A stretch of DNA of 64,000 nt from Octopus vulgaris. Its lineage: Eukaryota. Positions within the stretch are counted from its first letter, which is position 1; each line of letters opens with the position of its first letter. Below are positions 12,315 to 27,377 of the stretch, piece by piece. The position numbers and the translations under genes were made by a program. The stretch lies in the NCBI GenBank assembly GCA_951406725.2, contig OX597831.1:22568001-22632000 (forward strand), written 5' to 3'. A model generated the notes under the pieces. The model was not told where the DNA came from and did not search any database. It was given only the letters and a program-made list of their open reading frames with translations.

Positions 12315-12729
12315 CAAAATGGAGCTCGGGAAACAGCGGCTCTGCTACCTCCACCACCACTACAAGAAGGTCAAATGCTCCTACAACAACCAATGCAGTG
12401 AGCTGATGCAAAAAGTAAGGAAAAACACACATATTCATACAAAAGGAGTAAGGTTCGACGAACTTCTGCCGAACACCACTGACAGTCAGACAGACAGCTA
12501 ATAAAAACTGTTACAAATATATAACTAGGACTTAAAAAGAAATAATCAAAGGACATTGGGTTTTAGGCCAAAGCCGGATAAAAGAACTTTAGGAAGGCCC
12601 TTCATTAATGATAAAGCGTCAGACGAGGTAGCTGAAGCAGTCGACTCTCTCAAAATCCAGGTAAGTGACCTCCTTCCATTTTGTTTCTCCGGTAAACATG
12701 GTCGTTTTCGGAGTAGAGTGTGTGAATGT

Positions 12730-13530
12730 TCGTCGCACTTAATTTATCAACCCCCAAAAGATAAAAGGCAAACTCGACCTCAGCGGAATTTGAACTCAGA
12801 GCGTAAAGACGGACGAAATACCTATTTCTTTACTACCCACAAGGGATTAAACACAGAGAGGGAAAAAAGGACAGAACAAACGGATTAAGCTTATTATATC
12901 GACCCCAGTGCGTAACTGGTCCTTATTTAATCGACCCCGAAAGGATAAAAGGCAAAGTGGACCTCGGCAGAATTTGAACTCAGAACGTAGCGGCAGACGA
13001 AATACCTATTTCTTTATTACCCACAAGGGGCTAATAACAGAGAGAACAAACAAGGATAGACAAACGGATTAAGTCGATTATATCGACTCCAGTGCGTAAC
13101 TGGTACTTATATAATCGACCCCGAAAGGATGAAAGGCAAAGTGGAACGTACGAAATACTATTTCTTTATTACCCACAAGGCTAATAACAGAGAGAACAAA
13201 CAAGGATTTGAACGACTCAGAACGGTACTTATATAATCGACCCCGAAAGCAAAGTGGACCTCGGCAGAATTTGAACTCAGAACGTAGCGGCAGACGAAAT
13301 ACCGTTAAGCATTTGGCCCGGCGTGCTAACGTACTGACGTCTCGGATAGCTCGCCGCCTTTATTAATAACAAATATTTATTATTCATGGTCCACAGGGTG
13401 ATAAACATAGAGAGGACAAACAAGGATAGACAAAGTGATTAATTCGATTACATCAAACCCAGTGCGTAACCAGTACTTATTTAAGCATTTCGTCCGGCAT
13501 GCTAACGTTTCTGCCAGCTCGCCGCCTTTG
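12730..13530 (-). mobile_element. Tandem array of about 4-5 MetaSINE-like units
   Basis: Repeated blocks TATTTCTTTATTACCCACAAGGG...CGACCCCGAAAGGATGAAAGGCAAAGT...GAATTTGAACTCAGAACG. Confidence 0.82.
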
Positions 13531-13886
13531 TTAATAACAAATATGACACCCGATATTGCTTTTAGCACTCAAACCTATTCAACTAGGCAAATAAATATAC
13601 GGCTGCATAAAAACACAGGTAGATAAATAAATATAGATATTCATGAGTAGATATGACAGTCGTACCCAATATTCTGTAATAAGAGTACACTTTGCTTGGC
13701 TAAGGATGGAAGATGTGCTTGGATCAAAGGAGTTAATATGTTAAAACGAGATGGATATTTTTTTAAAGGATTACAGCTGTGAACTTTGAATTTTCTGTGA
13801 TATCAACTTTATGTGTATATGTAAGCACGCATGTATGGGCGGTATATATACATGTATGTATGTATGTATGTATGTATGTATGTATG

Positions 13887-13917
<31 letters not shown>

Positions 13918-13960
13918 CTATGGATGGATGGATGTATTTATATGTCTACACACACACACT

Positions 13961-13994
<34 letters not shown>

Positions 13995-14224
13995 AGGTGG
14001 TGCTATTAAGTTAGACATAGCCTGGGCCAATAATGGCCGAAACCTATCAAAGTATCAAAGTATCAAAGTATATATATATATATATATAGATAGATAGATA
14101 GGTAAGTATGTATATGGATGTGTATGTGCGTATGTATTTATTTATGCATGATTGTATGTCTATATGCAAGTATGTATATATGGATAGATGAATCTGTGAC
14201 GTATGAATATATATATATATATTC

Positions 14225-14255
<31 letters not shown>

Positions 14256-14316
14256 TTGATAAAAATAGACGGAGAGGGAAAGAGTGAGAAAGTAAAGAGA
14301 CAAACATAAGACATAC

Positions 14317-14458
<142 letters not shown>

Positions 14459-14674
14459 GCATGAATGCATCATATGCATAATTATCAGAGCTCAAAATGA
14501 AATACATGAATATATTTGAATTTGCCCTTAGGAAATTCGTTTCGAGTAAGGCTCCTCGTGTTTGGTGATATTTAGAAACGCTTATTTAAAAAAAAAAATA
14601 TTCTTCATCTGTCTTCTTCTTCTTCTTCTTCATCTTCTCACCGTCGTCGTCGTCGTTATTATTATTATTATTAC

Positions 14675-14737
<63 letters not shown>

Positions 14738-15276
14738 CGATATTGATTGATATTTATGTGTCCAAAAGGTTCGTTCCAGTAGCAGCTTTATCCCCCATGT
14801 GCATTCAATATTCATTTCCCCATGATTTCCTTAAAAAAAGAAACAAAATTTTTTCCAATTAATCCGAAGATTTATTTAAACCAAGAACTTGTAGGATGTT
14901 GCAAAATATTCCGGTTTGTTCCAATTCACCAGTCTTCAAGTACTGCAGCTAATTTACGCGATAAGACTTTAAAATGGCAGACGGGTTTCCTCTAATGCCA
15001 AAATACGTGATACAGTATTACCAAAAACTACCAGCTTCAAGGCATTAAATAAAGGTTCTTAACAATCAAGTTTTATTTCATTTCTTCATTTTCTTCGATT
15101 CGTTCTTAGATTTGAATTCAGTTCTTTGAATTTGTCTTAATGAGGAGCTTACTGCAGCCAGAGCTAATATGTATGTGTCGCTACAGTTTTATTGTGCGTC
15201 TGTGATGTCTGTGATGGATGTCTACTGCGTGTATATGGAGGCACACACACACACACATATATATACTTATATATGA

Positions 15277-15338
<62 letters not shown>

Positions 15339-15372
15339 ATGAATGCACACACATATATATATATATTATCTC

Positions 15373-15463
<91 letters not shown>

Positions 15464-15516
15464 CATATATATCATCTATATATTTATATGTATATGTATA
15501 TAAACATACACCAGAT

Positions 15517-15571
<55 letters not shown>

Positions 15572-15750
15572 AATATTCTATAATTATAAACATAATTATA
15601 ATTAGGGGTCTGCTAACTGCTTCACCACATACCGAATTTAGAAATAGGAGTTAAAACTTCCTTTTCTACTACCGTAAAAATCTCCCAGACAGTAACATAT
15701 TTTTTACGTAGGCAAAAAGAAAAATAATGAATCAATACGACTCCGATTAT

Positions 15751-15810
15751 CTACATACGCGTTTCGAGATTAAAGTACATTTTCTTACTTATTTCTGATC
15801 ATCAGTGTAG
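15751..15810 (-). ncRNA. Type I hammerhead ribozyme motif (partly decayed stem II)
   Basis: CUACA-CUGAUGA-...AAGUA(loop)UACUU...-GAAA-CGCG-UA-UGUAG. Perfect 5-bp stem I and palindromic CGCG. Confidence 0.7.
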
Positions 15811-16171
15811 CATTTCACATATTAAATTTGAAAGTGCTATGGTTAAATATGTACACGATCAAGCGTCATCGCGCAACAGATATCCAACCAACATTTCCAA
15901 AATTTACTCAGCCGAATGTGAATACATATTTATCCCTTGTACCCACGTGTATGTTACAAGTGATTCTTACGGTAGTAGAAAAGGAAATTTTAACTTCTAT
16001 TTCTAAATTCGGTATGTGGTGAAGCAATTAGCTGACACCTAATTATAATTATGTTTACAATTATAGAATATTTGTGTAATTTTACCTAAAAATGTTATTT
16101 TAACGTACCGATCTACTTGGTAAAATAATTAATTAATTAAATTTACCCTTTTATTATTATAAATATATATG

Positions 16172-16603
16172 TGTTCCCCAGTCCTCTTCCCCCATTTGCT
16201 CTCTTCATGTATAGGCGACCATTGATTGCACGTGGATGATGGGCTCCATGTATTGTTAAGAGCTTTCTCGACTTCCCGTCCATCTCCTTTAATTCCTCCT
16301 TTGTCCTCTTCAGGTTTCCCATTGCCATACCGAAATGCTGCAACAATTACGTTTCTGGCATTCAGCTTTGAAACCAATATTTTTCTCAGTCGTCGCAGCT
16401 AATCTCTTTTTGTCTTTTCGTTCATGTCGTAGTGTTTGATTCCATCTGCTTCAAGTACTCCCGGGTATTTAAAGCTGGACTGAAGTTGAATTACCTTAAT
16501 CAATTCACCCCATGGAGACCATATGCCTTCTGTTCTGGCAAGCCTTCTCCGTCTCATCACTATCGAAGCACATTTTGAGAGTCTAAACTCCATGTAAATA
16601 TTA
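16172..16603 (-). mobile_element. R4/Dong-clade reverse transcriptase C-terminal fragment
   Basis: IYMEFRLSKCA...FKYPGVLEAD...LRRLRKILVSKLNARN...ELKEMDGKSRKLLTIHGAHHP...RLYMKRANGGRGL, with stops and frameshifts. Abuts (TAA)n. Confidence 0.85.
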
Positions 16604-16610
16604 TCATTAC

Positions 16611-16683
<73 letters not shown>

Positions 16684-16727
16684 GTTATTATTATTATTAT
16701 TATTATTATCATTATTATTATTATTAT

Positions 16728-17281
16728 TGAGTAAGAGAGCAGTGCATGCCATCAAAGTGACACTGGGGTAAAATATACGAAGCCCAGTATACCCATCATG
16801 ACTACCCGTCTGATAAGGGTACACCAGGCACATGCATCAAAACCATATGTGCGCGACATGGTGATCTCATATGAAGATAAACAGCACATGACCTTGCAGG
16901 TGGGGCCCAGTTCGAAGTTTCTTCGGGTCGAGTAACCCATCCCGCTCAAAAGGTCCTTGAATAAGGGTTGTTTAAGGATGTTGAACGAAACATCTATGTT
17001 TCCAGAGGTGAATTATTCAAACTCCATAGAATCCCTCTCAACACATGGCTATGATGCTCCCCCACTACTTACGCTCGTGATCAGAGATGCACATATCGTC
17101 AGCCACTAACTGACGGACATGGTCAACTAGTTAAGGTCAAAGAACTGACAATCAAATTTGTGGTATTGAGTCGAATATTCGCTGTAGCCCATCTTTTATA
17201 CCAAGACAAAATAATGTACACGGTAACACTTCCAATCAGTTAAAATCAGAAATCACGAGAGACACTGCCTGGTACTGCATC
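16728..17281 (-). mobile_element. About 550-bp non-coding element inserted in (TAA)n, copy 1
   Basis: High similarity to 42382-42910 and 55496-56044. Flanked by (ATT)n on both sides. Confidence 0.88.
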
Positions 17282-17347
<66 letters not shown>

Positions 17348-18321
17348 TACTACTATTATAATTGCTTCTAACGAATAAACAAATTTGGTTGAGTAGCAAA
17401 AATGTTACCAATAACATGGCGGCAGCCTGCTAGAAATCCAACATTAATTGTAGTAACGTGCCTTCTTTTAATCAGGCAAAACCTAAATTCCGGAAAAAGC
17501 GATAGCATATCTCTGTGTATATGCCTGTATCTTAGCGTGTGCATATATATATCTAATGGGCCACATAAATTGTATATATGTATATATATATATATACACA
17601 CATATATATATGCATGTATGTCTACAATAAATGCTGTTAGTCAAAAGAAGAGTAACAACGTGAATTATAGGCAGAAGACTCGATAAACATCTGCATCAAT
17701 ATTTGCACAGACTGCAAGATGTCCTGTGCAGTGATGTAATGCAATAAAGTGCACTTTCTTCTGCAGTCAAACTGTAGCTTTGTTTTACTGTTTTACAGCT
17801 ACGATAATGCTTAAAGTTCACCTGAACTTTGCAAGGTACTATAACTTTATTGGCGTGGTACAATGGTCAATACTAATGCCAGAGTTGTTGTCAGAAGATG
17901 GTGGAAAGTTCAATACGTCTTTAGAACAGGATGTGACAGAAATGATAAGGTTGGAGAAAGAACATCGGGGGATGAGGAGTGGGCAGCTGAGGTGGATGAG
18001 AGGATAAGAGGAAGAAGCAGTGGAAGGAAGAAAGGAATGAAGGGAGGGGCACTCCGAAAAGAGAAAGTCAAGCGAATCTACGAGTGCGATGTCTGTGATT
18101 GATGACATAATACTGTCTATAAATATTGGGAAATTCTTTCGGAATGTTCCAGAAATACATACAAGCATACATACATACATACATACATACATACATACAT
18201 ACATACATACATACATACAAACATACATACATACATACATGCCTGCATGCATGCATATGTGTATGTGCTCGTGTGTTTTGGTGTTTGTGTGATATATATA
18301 TATACATATATCAGTGAAAGA

Positions 18322-18357
<36 letters not shown>

Positions 18358-18814
18358 GAGAGAGAGAGAGAGAGAGAAAGAGAAGGGTGGAATATAGAGA
18401 GAAAGGGGTGTGGGTAAGGAAGGAAAGAAGGTGGCAAGTTAATGGGTGCGAATGTGGGTGGGTGTGATGGAAACAGGCCAAAGCCTTAAATTGTTTTAGG
18501 ATTGTTGGAAACGTCTTTAGACCTTCCATATATATATATATATACATATATATGTGTGTGCGTGTGTGTGTGTGTGTGCGTGTGTGTGTGCGTGCGTGTG
18601 TGTGTGCGTACGTTTGTGTATACATACATATATACGCGCGTGTGTGTGTATGTATTTGTATACGTGTGAGTATATAAACATGTTTGTGTACATTTATATA
18701 ATTATATATATGTGTGTATATACATAGTAATATATACTTACGTATATATTAGTATATATATATGTATATATATATTAATATATATATGTATTAATCCATA
18801 TATGTATGTATATA

Positions 18815-18850
<36 letters not shown>

Positions 18851-19533
18851 CATACGTATATATATATATTCATATATATAATGTTGTTGGCGTTAGATGT
18901 AGAGCGAAAATGAGTGCGTAAGAGAGAGAGAGAGGGGAGGGTGTAGATAGCATTATGCGCGCATGTGTGTGTATGTGTGTGTATGAATGTGTGTGTGTGT
19001 GTGTATGAATGTTTGTGTGTGTGTGTATGTGTGTGGTGTGTTGCTGTATATATTTCTGCTGTGATAAATCAAAACCGAAGGAAGTCATGACTTTTGAATA
19101 CTCAAGAGTTATTCTTAATGTTTTTGTTCTTATCGTTTCTGTTGCTGGTGTTGTTGTTGTTGTTGTTGTTGTTGTACTGCTGGTGATATTGGTCGATGAT
19201 GCTGATGATGATGATGGTACTGATATCGCTGTTGCTTTTGTTGTGGTGGTTGTTTCCGTTGTTTATGTTATCCTTCTTGCTGCTCTGCAATACTCGTGAT
19301 ACTGTTTACAATGCCCATGTTATTTTTGTTATTGCTGCTGTCTTGTATAGCCCCAAGTTGCTTCTCATTAAACAAATTTAAGATCACAGTCGCTCCAAAC
19401 CTGGCCAGCACACATTTTTCAGAGCATAATTTTTCTGTTGCCTTTATTTATATGTTGTTTATAATTTTCACGTTAAAAGGTACTTTTTAATATGCTAGCC
19501 ACTGATAAAATTTTTTGAAAATTTATCCTATAG

Positions 19534-19968
<435 letters not shown>

Positions 19969-20293
19969 GTTTGTATATATTTATGTATTTATGCATGTAT
20001 GCATGGATACATATATGCATAGATGTATGTATGTTTTAAATTATAGTTTAACACAAAATGTACCCTAAAACTGATCAGCAAAGTGGTAATATATGTTCAG
20101 TTCATATATGGGCAAAAGACAATTGATTGAACATCTCGGAGCTAAAACATAATGCAAGCGTCCTTGCATTTGAAAACATCGCATGAAATACGTGCGATTA
20201 TTGTGCGATGCCTTTAAAGAAAATCTTAATATAATTAATAACGCCAAATATTTAACTTTCAATGTATTTAGTTCTGGGTTTGGTCTCATTCAC

Positions 20294-20378
20294 CATCCAA
20301 GTTTGCATCAACCACATCTAACATATGTTTTCTAAATTTCTTCCATTCTTTGTCTTTGGCTCTTGGTTTGTTGCAGAT
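20294..20378 (-). CDS. Candidate exon (85 nt) ICNKPRAKDKEWKKFRKHMLDVVDANLD
   Basis: Polypyrimidine acceptor tctttcttcttcag and G/gtgaat donor, or an in-frame stop two codons later. Only one frame is open. Confidence 0.33.
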
Positions 20379-20549
20379 CTGAAGAAGAAAGATCAGGAGT
20401 GACGGTTCCCTATATTTTCAGTCGATCAATCGATCCATTGATAAGACTGAAATATGAACTCACCCAAACACACATCTAAAATAGTTGTAAGCATCTAATA
20501 AATAAATTTATATTACCCATTATTTCTGTCCATTATGTATGTATATATC

Positions 20550-20627
<78 letters not shown>

Positions 20628-20700
20628 ATATCTACATATACATATATGTACATATATATATATATACACACGTTCATGTATATATGTATATATGTGTGTG

Positions 20701-20734
<34 letters not shown>

Positions 20735-21253
20735 CGTGTGTGTGTATACATGGTAATATCTGTCTGTCACCATCTTACTGCCTAAACCAGTGAACCAATA
20801 TTTAACAAAACTTCCATACATGTTACACTAACATTCAGTTCAATAATAGGCTAATTGGATTTCAGAAAAAAATTGTGATGTGCCGCCTAGTGGGGTTGGG
20901 CGAATTATATGATAAAATGAGAAGGGTGCAAAAATTATTACTCTAAGGGAAACGTTGTAGCTGAGTGAGTGTGATAGATGTCAGGGAAAAAGGTGTACAC
21001 CGCTCTGTAAGCGACAAATATGGAGTGGCAACGGTTTGTCACGTTAACACAGGTGTGCTATACACGTGACACTATATACATACTTTCGTAAATACATAGA
21101 TAGATGTACACACACATACAAACACAACTAACTATTAAAGAGCCAACGAATGGAAAGATAAGTAGGTGTGAGGAATACGTAGCTTTAAGGAGAGATGGGA
21201 TAGGTGGTTTTTCTACACACATACATACATATATACATACGAATATACATATG

Positions 21254-21823
21254 TCTACTATACACCTTTCCAACACGTGATTACCTGTTTGTATGTCTCT
21301 CTACTTTTGTAGGGTTTTCCCTGTTGCTTTCACATATTGTGAGATTTTAAAATCACGTCGACATTTTCAAATTCGGTATATCGAAATAATTTTCCACGTT
21401 AAATCCGATTTTGCTATTTATTTGTTCCAGAAAAATTGCAGAAAAATTTTACTGAGGCTTAAAGTTTAACCAATTTTACCTAATCAGAAAACAGAATTTG
21501 GAAGCTGGCATTTTCTGCATGATAGCTGTCTATCACAAAATGAAGGCAAGATCACGAGGAGGAGGAATCTTTATTAAGTAAACGAAAGCAAAGCATTATG
21601 ACGATCAAAAGTGTAAGAACTTCTGAAGTTTTAATAAGTTTTAATGAATAAAGTCGTGTGAAAGGGTTGAACAGACATGTAAATAATTTAAACAAGAAAT
21701 AAAAATTCGCTCAACAAAGTTTTTTTGCGAAAAATTGCACAAATCTGTCCTGATCAAGAAGCCTATAAATCAAGGGAGACATGCTCTGAAAAATTGCCTG
21801 GCAACGTCGGGCTATTCAGCTAG
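21254..21823 (+). mobile_element. Possible non-autonomous Helitron (3' end clear, 5' end tentative)
   Basis: 3' hairpin GCCTGGCAACGTCGGGC followed by CTAG|T at 21820-21824. Candidate 5' TCTACTATA at 21254. Confidence 0.5.
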
Positions 21824-21888
<65 letters not shown>

Positions 21889-21902
21889 ACATATATATGT
21901 AC

Positions 21903-21933
<31 letters not shown>

Positions 21934-21949
21934 TATATGTATATATATC

Positions 21950-22355
21950 TTTTACTCTTTTACTCTATTACTTGTTTCAGTCATTTGACTGCGGCCATGC
22001 TGGAGCACCGCCTTTAGTCGAGCAAATCGACCCCGGGACTTATTCTTTGGAAGCCCAGTACTTATTCTATTGGTCTGTTTTGCCGAACCGCTAAGTGACG
22101 GGGACGTAAACACACCAGCATCGGTTGTCAAGCAATGCTAGGGGGACAAAAATAGACACACAAACACACACACATATACATATACATATATACGACAGGC
22201 TTCTTTCAGTTTCCGTCTACCAAATCCACTCACAAGGCTTTGGTCGGCCCGGGACTATAGCAGAAGACACTTGCCCAAGATGCCACGCAGCGGGACTGAA
22301 CCCGGAACCATGTGGTTGGTTAGCAAGCCACTTACCACACAGTCACTCCTGCGCC
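21950..22355 (-). mobile_element. Full-length abundant SINE (GGCGCAGGAGT family)
   Basis: Matches the reverse complement of 40519-40935. Confidence 0.9.
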
Positions 22356-22462
22356 TATATATATATATATATAAAGTGTAGGAGGCATACGAGTGGGTAT
22401 TTATTTATAAAAAGGAAGTTTGAAAACGCCACTATATAAGATAAATTTTAATTTTCTGAGAG

Positions 22463-22509
22463 ATTTTACATGTTTCGGTTCGTCTTCAAAAAGGAACCTT
22501 ATCAAAAAT
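22463..22509 (-). ncRNA. Hammerhead motif with U3-A8 core variant
   Basis: AUUU-UUGAUAA-GGUUC(loop)GAACC-GAAA-CAUG-UA-AAAU. Confidence 0.65.
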
Positions 22510-22863
22510 GTATGTTTTAAAAATTTAAGTGTAATAAAAGAAAAGTTCATAATTATTTCTTACTAGTCTCAACAGAGTCAACGTGGTGGTATTTTGTGTG
22601 TGGGAACATAATGGCTGTCTTGTGCGTTGACTAGAATCGTTGGCTGTAATGGTGAAAATTGACCGTTTGATGTAATAGCAGTAGTATGGCGGGTTTTCAC
22701 ACATAGTTTGTCAACGAATTCGTATTAGTGAGTCCACAACCTCACATACATACACATGTGCGTATGTATGTATGTATGTATGTATGTATGTATGTATGTA
22801 TGTATGTATGTATGTATGTATGTATGTATGTATGTATGTATGTATGTATGTATGTGTATGTGT

Positions 22864-22941
<78 letters not shown>

Positions 22942-23766
22942 CTTCAGACACATGGCAGCCTTCCATACATTTTCCGTCTCCCAGTTTTACTCACAAGGCA
23001 ATGATCGTCCACGCTATATTGAAAGACACATGATGAAGGCATCACCCTGCGGTACTGATCTCGAATCCGCGTAGTTTCAAAGCGATCTTTTTAACCACGC
23101 AGTTATATGAGTGCCTATGATGATAATTTTCTTTTACTAGCGGGACACGTGAACATTTCACGGAATTATTAGTAAAACTATTGTGTTATTCCTGAAAAAT
23201 GTATCCAAATAAAGAGAAAGCGTAGCCTGTGTTTCGCCTGTATGGAATAACAGTCGCTCATCTGCTACTCATTGAAAAGTGAAAGAAATTGGAATACGAT
23301 GGTTAATTAATGCACTTTATATATACGCTTTATATGCATTCTGCACAACTTCATAGACTTAATATACAGGACTTATAAAATAAATATTCACTCTTATTTT
23401 CCTATTTTGTTTCCCTTAAAAGAAAAGAAAATCCCGTACATATAATACAACCGTTGTAGTTCACGAATTGCAATTATGCGTATGCGTTATGTGATAGGTG
23501 ATATGAAACAAAGTGGCTCAATTAAAAACAAATAGTTTTTACTACCACCAGCATCGCCACCTCCTCCTCCCCCTCCACTTCCTCCTCCTCCTCCACCCCT
23601 CTCTCTCTCTCTCCATCTGTTTCTTTCTCCGTCTTTCCGTCTCCCTCTTCGCCTTATCTTCTTTTTCTCTCTCTTTTTCCTTTCTCCTTTCTTTACTTTC
23701 AACTGATCACATGGAAACGTTGCAATTACACTCCCATTGCCTCACGTCATGGACGCTTCTCTCTCC

Positions 23767-23801
<35 letters not shown>

Positions 23802-23965
23802 CTCTCTTCCTCTTTTTTCTCTTTCCTTCTTTTCTTTCTTTCTCTCTCTCTTTTTCTCTAATCGACGAGCTCAAGATATATATAAAATTGAGCCGAGGCC
23901 AGACGGCAGCAAGCTGTCATTTTGACTCTTCTATTCCGTCCCTGCCAACTCCATCAATATCTGGG

Positions 23966-24012
<47 letters not shown>

Positions 24013-24028
24013 CACACATATATATATA

Positions 24029-24068
<40 letters not shown>

Positions 24069-24208
24069 CATATGTATATATATATATATATATATGTGTA
24101 TATATACATATATACATATATATACATATATGGATGCGCGGCGCGTGAGAGCGTGTGTATAAACGTATATATTTATATGTGTGTGCATGTGTGTGTATAT
24201 ATATAAAC

Positions 24209-24242
<34 letters not shown>

Positions 24243-24616
24243 GTTTATATATATATATATGTATATATATATGTGTGTGTGTGTATGTATGAGGCTTTCT
24301 CTTTGTATGTTAGAAATACATTATGCTACGTGAAATATTCCTGGAGGCTGCAACGGCTTTAGTAGACCAAAGCTACATCGACAATAGCTGGACGTATTCC
24401 AGAACCAGCATTTACTCACGAAAAGTTTCGAAGAAAAAAAAAAATTAATAATTAATAATTAAGTAAATAAATAAATAACTGTACAAATATATAAGCGAAA
24501 TGTACTTAAACCAACTCTAGTTACATGAAATAGTTTTCTTCTATTAATTTTTGTTTTTATCCATTTTAAAGAAATGCAGAGTTAGTATCTGTTTTGTTGC
24601 TAATTTTTGCATTCAG

Positions 24617-24694
24617 TCATCGAAGAGAAAATATGTTGGATACACAAAATTCCATTTAAAAACATTCACAATGAATTTTGTTATGAAATCCTCG
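24617..24694 (+). other. Candidate 78-nt exon on the plus strand
   Basis: Branch-like GCTAAT, tttttgcattcag acceptor and CG/gtgagt donor. Two frames are open; no recognised product. Confidence 0.3.
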
Positions 24695-25729
24695 GTGAGT
24701 ATGGCTTGATATTAGTTTTGGAATACTTTCTTTTCGTTGTCGTTGGTCGGTATTTTTAGCTTCATCGATCGGCACGGATTTTTTTTTTTTACGTGATATT
24801 ATTGTAACTTTCGTAGCTATCTCCAGCTAGCGAATGAGGGTCGAGTTTTTGGTAAAACACAAAACATAGAATAATAAATAATCTGCAAAACCAACTACAA
24901 CGACAACTGCAACTTTTTACTGATTCAGATCGCTAAAAATATGTTTAAATCCAAGAATCAATAGTGGTTGCTCAAGACCGAGCCGGTTTGGAATACACCT
25001 TATGAGAATTCTTATGAGAATTCTTGTTTTTTCTTGACGTCAAGCTCTCCCTACCCGCACCACCGTTTCTCTTTTCTTTACCATTTTGGCATTTAAGCAA
25101 GCCATATCTAACCTACATATTTTACCTGCTTTATATTCAAATTAACCACATCTGCCCTACAATGCCATTCAAAAACAACATCACTTCATCGAAATCTCTA
25201 AACTACGAGATATTACTTCATGAATTCATAGTGTTTAAACTAGCCATACCTGGCCCAAATATTCTACTTGTTTTATGTTCAAAGCAACCAGATCTGACCT
25301 CTCACATCTATCCTACAATGTCATTCTGAAACTAAACAATCACATCATCGAAATCTCGAAAGTACGAGATATGCATGGATAAGCAATATGTTTAATACAG
25401 AAATCTCAATGTTTAAAGACGCAAAGAAAGTTATCTGAATTACTCACATTGAGCTCTCTATGCAGTTTCTAGACGTGCTAGAAATAGCTGTGGATTGTTT
25501 TCAAAGCTGTGGAGTCTTAGAAGATAGCGCGTCAGATAATCCGCAAAAGTGGCGGAATGGACACAGTTTCAAATCTTCACTGTTTCTAAGTCTGTATGGC
25601 GTGATTTGGAAAATTTGTGCTGTCTTAAGGCATGGACATAGAGGACAGTTGACCAAGGCCCATACGGGATCTACGGGCCCAATTCCAATCTATTTATTTT
25701 AGCTTGCTTTCAATAAATAGTTATTAATA

Positions 25730-26131
25730 GGCGTAGGAGTGTCTGTGTGGTAAGTAGCTTGCTTACGAACCACATGGTTACGGGTTAAGTCCCAATGCGT
25801 GGCACCTTGTGCAAGTGTCTTCTATTATTGTCACGGGCTGACCAAAGCCTTGTGAGTGGATTTGGTAGACGGTAACTGAAAGAAACCCGTCGTATATATG
25901 TATATATATATATGCGTGTGTGTGTATGTGTTTGTGTGTTTGTGTTTGTCCCCCCAACATCACTTGACAACCGATGCTGGTGTGTTTATGTCCCCGAAAC
26001 TTAGCGGTTCGGCAAAAGAAACCGATAGAATAAGTACTAGGCTTACAAAGAATAAATCCTGGGGTCGATTTTCTCGACTAGAAGCGGTGCTCCAGCATGG
26101 CCACAGTCAAATGACTGAAACAAGCAAAAGA
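25730..26131 (+). mobile_element. Full-length abundant SINE (GGCGCAGGAGT family)
   Basis: Same head, internal (TA)/(TG) tract and GCTCCAGCATGGCC...GACTGAAACAAG tail. Confidence 0.9.
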
Positions 26132-26422
26132 ACAGTTCTCAGTGCATCGACATGTCCGGGAGCCGAAAATGCTGCCAAAAGAACTTTGCATTTGAATGCT
26201 ATTTCTAACACATCTAGCGACCACACAGTCTCCTTCATGCTAGTTAATAGTTCAGGTAACATGTTTTTTGATGTCTAGTGAAGGGGGTTTGACATCAAGA
26301 AGAGAAAAAGGGGTCAGGTGTTCCAGACTATCTAAGAACGACGGAACGATGGAAGGACTGGACGAGATGTTTCGTGTTTAATATGAAAATATTGATGATG
26401 ATGATGTTGATGATGATGATGT

Positions 26423-26468
<46 letters not shown>

Positions 26469-26504
26469 GTGCGTCGAAGAGGGGGAGGTAGCTGAGGTCG
26501 AGGA

Positions 26505-26987
26505 AGATAGAATGAAAGGCAAAATCGATCATGGCGGAATTTGAACTCTGAACGTAAAGACGGACGAAATGTCGCTAGGCATTTTATTCGGAATGCTAAC
26601 GATTCTGCCAACTCGTCGCTTTAATAATAACCTGGTTTATTTTACTTGTTCAGTCATTGGAATGCGGCCATGCTGAAACACATCCTTGACGGGTTTAGTA
26701 GAACAAATCGACCCCTGTACTTATTGCTAAGTTTGGCATCTATTTTATCGATCCGGTTTGCCCAACCGCTAGCTAACGAGCATGTAAACAAACCTACAAC
26801 GTTGGTCAAGTGGTGGTGAGGGGAGAACACACACACACCACCGGTGTCTGTCCCTTTACGTCTAACAAATCCCTTCACAAATCTTTTGTCAGTCCGAGGT
26901 AATTGTAGAAGACATTAGCCAAAGGTGCCACGCAGTGGGACTGAAACCGAAACCATATGGTTGGGCAGCAAATTTCTTACCACTCAG
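26505..26987 (-). mobile_element. MetaSINE-like head fragment (26505-26625) plus diverged abundant SINE (26641-26987)
   Basis: Similarity to other copies in the window. Confidence 0.7.
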
Positions 26988-27294
26988 TTTATATTCTAGA
27001 ATTCTCCTGATGGACGGCAGGAAGCGATTTTCTGCACATAGACCTTAGTTTGGAAAATTTTTGTCTCGATACTGCGAAATAATTTCGCACAGACATTAAA
27101 ACGTCTTTGGAATTGGGAAGATTTCCAAAGATAAAAGGTGAAAATGGTAAGAGGGGAAAGAGAAGAAGAATCTGTGAAGTCTGATAAAGGATTTGGTACT
27201 CAATAATGTTTTATAGAAACATAATAATTCTAATTTCCGCAGAGATCAAAGTAAAACTCCACGCGTGTATGTGTATGTGTGTGTGTATCTGTGT

Positions 27295-27377
<83 letters not shown>

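Noticed and set aside
12730-13530. Repeat-spacer-like pattern suggesting a CRISPR array
   Set aside because: The units are long SINE segments with non-unique interiors, in a eukaryotic context with no cas genes.
20294-20320. DANLDG as an EF-hand loop implying a calcium-binding protein
   Set aside because: Only half a loop, at an uncertain exon boundary, with no supporting EF-hand exons found.
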